Shown: positions 59,224 to 64,000 of the stretch, in pieces
How positions within the stretch are numbered: position 1 is the first letter of the stretch
How the letters are laid out: each line of letters opens with the position of its first letter
Source: Botryllus schlosseri
Taxonomy: Eukaryota
Reading direction: 5' to 3'
Assembly (NCBI GenBank): GCA_051294905.1
Contig: CM119371.1
Span: forward strand, 2,234,001-2,298,000
Length of the DNA stretch: 64,000 nt
The notes under the pieces: generated by a model
Databases searched by the model: none
Told to the model about the DNA's origin: nothing
The model's input: the letters and a program-made list of their open reading frames with translations, nothing else
Program-made: the position numbers and the translations under genes

Positions 59224-61640
59224 CCGTAAACCGGGGTTACTTTTGACTCAAGGGTAACTTTGGACACTAAGCAGTAAAAGATTTAAATGGTTATTAAATG
59301 GTTGCCGCTGAATGTCAAATTCTTTTTCATGAGGCAACAGTACCACAAGTAGTCTCAATAAAAGATGGATTCATTTCACTACAACATAAACTTGACCCAA
59401 CATTGATAAATTAATGGCGGGGGTCAATTTCATCAAAATTTATGGCTATTAAACTTCTCACCAATAAACATTAATAGCATGTGATTCATAGACACAAAAC
59501 TTGGCAACAGATACCTCTAAGTAGTCCTAATCCATGGCAATAATCTCAGTGGGCTCACCCTTACATAATTACAAGAAAATGTGATGTCCAAAGTTACTTT
59601 GGACAGTGGAAAATGTGATATTTAGAGCTCTGGAAAGTGGATGCTTCATCTGTGTCAAAGTGTATCGTCAGTTATTTTTCTTATGACCGACCTGATGGCT
59701 TTTTAAAATGGAATGAGAAGATTAATAAATTAGAGTTTGCCAAAATATGAAAAAATGGGTAGGCTAGGCAATGAGGTGAGATAGTGAGATATTGCAATCG
59801 GGTGTAAGCTACTTGAAAAACATATCACCTATGGTACTCCTAAAGATGCACCTGCAGAGTAAGGGATATCGTAAATTACGATAAATATATCCATCGGAGG
59901 ACATAGGAAAGGGAAAGTGTATCTTTTAAAGAACAGTAATATATCTGAAATCGGCAATAAATCACAGTAACATGCTTAATGTATGCTGTTGATTGCTGAC
60001 ACTGCCAGTGGGATACCCCTTATCTCTATATGTCATTTATAAGTCCTAATGGGTGAAGCCATTGGGCAAAATTGAGAGAAGAGATGAATAAGGGGGTATT
60101 AGCCTACCTAATTTGTTTTTTTGGGGGGGGGGGATTAGGTAAAAATCATGCGATAGACCAGACATATACTATTTTGTTTCAGTTTTAGCCACTGCTCTCA
60201 TCAACTCTTACCAAATAAACCTCATTTACGTGGTTTCATAACCAGTAGAGTGTAAAGGCATACAAAAAACTACATTTTCCACAGTTACCCCATCAAGCAA
60301 TCTGAACTATCTTGCTTAATTCTGCATGGAGTTTTATTTTCCGTCATGGTTAGAAATAAAAAGGCACAATTCCATTGTTGATGGTGCTAAAAACTTCTGC
60401 AACATAGTTTTCCATATTACAAAGCTTTCTGATACACGAATTCGCAACCTTGCACTACCTTTGCTACAAGGAAAAGCATATTTTGCACATCCGGATAATG
60501 TATTTTGGGAATGCTCGGTGATGATGATGAAGGCCTCGGAAGACTTGCAAGATTTCAACTGTGAGCAGATCAAACAGAATACCAGATTCCAATTAATGAC
60601 TTTGAAGGAGGATATGTTAATGAAACGAAACCTAAAAACAACGTTGACACTAGAATCAGATTGTTTAAAATCCCAATTATAAACATCAAGGCCAAATCAT
60701 ACCACTAAATTGTCAACTTGAATCTAAAAGATATGGAACAGCCACCAGCAATCAAAAACTCACCATATCTCGAGATGGAAAATCTAAGGTCATCTCCTCA
60801 AACATCCTTGGCACAACCAGGCAGTGGAAAGAGACGTTAAAGTGGTGACCAAAGCATCTGCCCATGTGTCGGGATTTAAACGTAGAGATGACTTAATCAG
60901 AGAAAAACTGAAGTCTCAAAAACAGATGAAATCTTTTAATACAAAACAAGATTTCAAAGTTTGTGCAGACTAATACTCTGGTAGTGAAATCATCTTCGAA
61001 ATATATCTTTTTCAATATGGAATTGATGGTTTTGTGTGTTTCAATATGAATTAACAATTTATGTGTTTCCAATATGGAGTTGTCAGTCATAAGATCGATC
61101 ACCACACGCTTTTGGCCTCGTACCCTTCTTCAGTGCCTAATTTTACCGAAAAATGATCTAAAAATCGATATTTTGCTCAAAACTTTTTTTCTGTTCATTT
61201 TTATGACAAAGTTCCGTGGAAGTGAGATAGAAACTTGTTGCTTCCGCATCTTTTGTGCCCAAAATCAGCTTTCTAGAGGAAGCGGTCATCAATATATAGC
61301 GAAATTAGCTATTTTTGGCTCGTTCGATGCAATTGCACGACCACTGGAGGGTGCACGAGCCCAAAATTATTATAGAAATTATTTGTTTTTAATTTGGCAC
61401 TACATATCAAGTGTCCGTTTTAAAATTCAAAATTTTCCATTTTTCACTCCACCCTATTGGACACGGATAATTTACAAAAATGAAGTACTTATTTATAACA
61501 ATGAAAATTTTTGATTAGGTCATTCTAATCTTTGTTCCATGACCCCTGAAAAACACAAAACTTGCCTCCCCTACACCCTAGCATTTCCAAGATACAAAGC
61601 GGAATTGTTGAAAATTGTCCAAAGTTACCCCGGTTTACGG
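59224..61640. mobile_element. Non-autonomous TIR element with TA TSD (Tc1/mariner-pogo-like)
   Basis: TA|CCGTAAACCGGGGTTACTTT ... AAAGTTACCCCGGTTTACGG|TA. Confidence 0.85.
60091..61455 (+). mobile_element. Decayed DNA transposon with transposase remnant, probably Sola2
   Basis: Fragments FYFPSWLEIK...GAKNF...AYFAHPDN and HPWHNQAVERDVKVVTKAS...G...RD; AGGGGGT...CCACCCT ends. Superfamily assigned from recalled motifs, not from a search. Confidence 0.55.
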
Positions 61641-63713
61641 TACCACCCAATAACCTATTACATTTTATAAAGGGAATATAACTTAGAGCAGTGTTTAAAA
61701 GTAGGAGATTTTGAGAGACGTGAGTGAAAAAAGTGTTGAAGTTCCGCTGCTATACAAGCAAAGCCAGTAGGCTAAATGTGCACGTACATGGATACCATCT
61801 TCGTGAATACCACTGAAAAGTACAGGCATAACGTTACTGATTACCTCTGGTCTAGTCTTTAAAAGAGCCGATAAAGATATTTTTACCTTTTTAATAGAGA
61901 GTTGAATCGAAAAAGCTTGGGAAACACTGACCTAGAAGATATGAAGAGCATACTGTAGCAAAAATGTATACATCATTCATGATCAATATGTTGCCAGTAG
62001 CCTACTAAAACCAGTAAAGATATGTTGATTAGGGGTAGGAAGTAATATTCATAGCCTGATTTAATTGAAGCTTTTTGTCATATTGATTGTTACTGAGTGA
62101 TTCCATATCACTCATCACAAATCAACCATTTAGTGATCACCCAATCGTGAAACTTAACTAATTTTATATTGAATCCTTGCAATGGTGCCAGTCAGTCATA
62201 AAACATATTAGCCAGATCACCTTGTCTAAACATAGTATAGAAGAATCTCTTGAACATAGCAATGAAATGAGCCCAGGAGTAGAACCTGCTTAGAACACAA
62301 CAAGCCTCAAAACAAGTCAACGATATAAAATTGAAATATTTTTAGTGTAATTCTGTCTACACAAGTATTACAAACGCTAGTTTCAAGAGAAAAAAATCGC
62401 CTACATCTGACTGCGATACACATTACTGTCACAACTTCAAAAGTAGGCCTAATTTATATTAACATCTCATTTGCTTAACATTCAGCATTACAATATATAT
62501 AGCTTTCATATGGCAAAAATGAAAGGGATACTCCCGTGATTTCAATGAGCAATGACCTCAAACTTGAGTTATATGCTGGTTCCGTACACCAATAACACCA
62601 ATAGCTTGAAAGATATGGCTATGATATTATATGTTCATTCACGAGCCTCAATTGAGTTCTGCCACTCAATTGGGCAATTGTGGGTTTAAGATGCGGCAGT
62701 TACGTATTGTGTTCCACTACTCGAAGTGCTATATAGTGTCGCGAGCTTTTTTCTCTCTCCTGAGAGAGAGTGCCGCAAGGTCCAAAGGTTGAGAACTACT
62801 GATATAAAAGTCACGTTGTTAAAATATTCGAACCATCAGTCATGGTCCTCTCCTAAATTAGGCTACTAGTCAGTGAATTCTTAGAAATTGGTGCTATTGG
62901 TATATTCTCGATTTAAGGCAGGGGCACCAAACTCAAACTCGGCCACATCGGCATGACGAGCCAGATATCGGCCTAACTCAATTTATAACCTGCGATATTC
63001 TCTCCCAGTTCCCAATCTAATCTATCCCATTCCCAATCTACCGTACGCGTCTAAACTTTGTGAGACATATTTGTCTATCGCCCTCTTCGGTCTCATATCA
63101 CTATTCCGCCCAAACTTTTGTTATATTCTGGCTGTTACTGAAAAGGCATCTGACCCCAGCGGCAGTTCAATCTCCTACACTGCGAAACCATTGCTGCTGT
63201 ATATTTTTCGAAGGAAACTGCTGTACGCAGGTTGTTGCTGTTATTGTTGCGGTACTCTCTTGTTATCGCATTATGACGTTCCCCACTTAACAGGAGGTTT
63301 AACCTTAGGTCACGGGAAAGTGATGCAGCGACCGTTCATTGCGTATGAATCACTAGCATAAACTGTATTAGTTTGTACTTTGAGCGGACATGAATTTCTA
63401 TGTCCTAATCCAATCCAAATCCGACAAAATTTCACAAATCCTGTTTTTTCAAATCCTAATCCTAATCCATGCTCATGGCGTCCTTCTGGCGTTCCTTCTT
63501 CGTCAACGCCTCTACACCCTTGGAATATTTCATTAATGTTGTGTGCTGTGTTCTCGGTTTTTTATAACCGAATATGTGCTCGTTAACGTTTGTTTTGTAT
63601 CGTTACTACTACCGTATCTTGCCTGTCTACTAGTTGTTTTCTTTATGTTATTATTACGTCATAGACACAAAATAGTTATTACATTTCGAATTTGATCCAC
63701 CCTATCACTGACG

Positions 63714-63753
63714 TTCGCTACTGATAAGGGTCAGTCGAAAAGCTTTTAGCGAA
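63714..63753 (+). ncRNA. Minimal hammerhead ribozyme motif with a core mutation (G8A)
   Basis: UUCGCUA-CUGAUAA-GGGUCAGUC-GAAA-AGCU-UU-UAGCGAA: perfect 7-bp stem I; near-identical stem II and the same AAGCUU palindrome as the 3815 copy. Confidence 0.7.
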
Positions 63754-64000
63754 TAAATTAACAATATGAAGTTATTGTTTCGCGAATGCGTAATTTAATG
63801 CGGCTACGCGGCACATACATCGGATGCGACTGCCAATTAAACCGCGTAATAGTTCGTCTGTCATAGATCATAAAAGAAAAGAATAAAATAAAGTGAAATT
63901 GATCGCCTTTGGGCGATTGAGCATCCGAGACTGTAAAAACCTTTTCAGCGTGCAAATAAGCAGGCTATGCGATGCCTGCCATGTTATCTCATTGTGTTTT

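Noticed and set aside
56380..64000. N-terminal death-fold or other 5' exon of the NLR
   Set aside because: Candidate micro-exons (about 56419-56444 and 58699-58718) could not be linked to a start codon, and no CARD/DD/DED-like frame was found.

Overview
Repeat-dense, AT-rich eukaryotic (metazoan) DNA with GT-AG introns. The lineage cannot be fixed from sequence alone; an invertebrate such as a tunicate is plausible but inferred. Main gene: a minus-strand NACHT + divergent-LRR (NLR-like) gene that I assembled by hand from 11 phase-compatible exons between 56379 and 25015 (983 aa if the ATG at 56379 is used; upstream exons may exist). It contains an internal tandem duplication of a 3-exon module and ends in a CaaX prenylation box (CIVS*). 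A second minus-strand gene begins near the left edge, with two alternative ATG exons and an Asn/Val-rich exon resembling an amyloid signalling motif. Mobile DNA: a Tx1/L1-clade LINE with two open ORFs inside an NLR intron, a Penelope-like (Neptune-type) RT-GIY-YIG element, three minimal hammerhead ribozyme motifs, two related piggyBac copies, a foldback element with telomere-like repeats interrupting a decayed LINE RT, a tRNA-derived SINE, a probable Sola2 remnant and many hAT-type MITEs, often nested. All gene models are manual predictions without transcript support.
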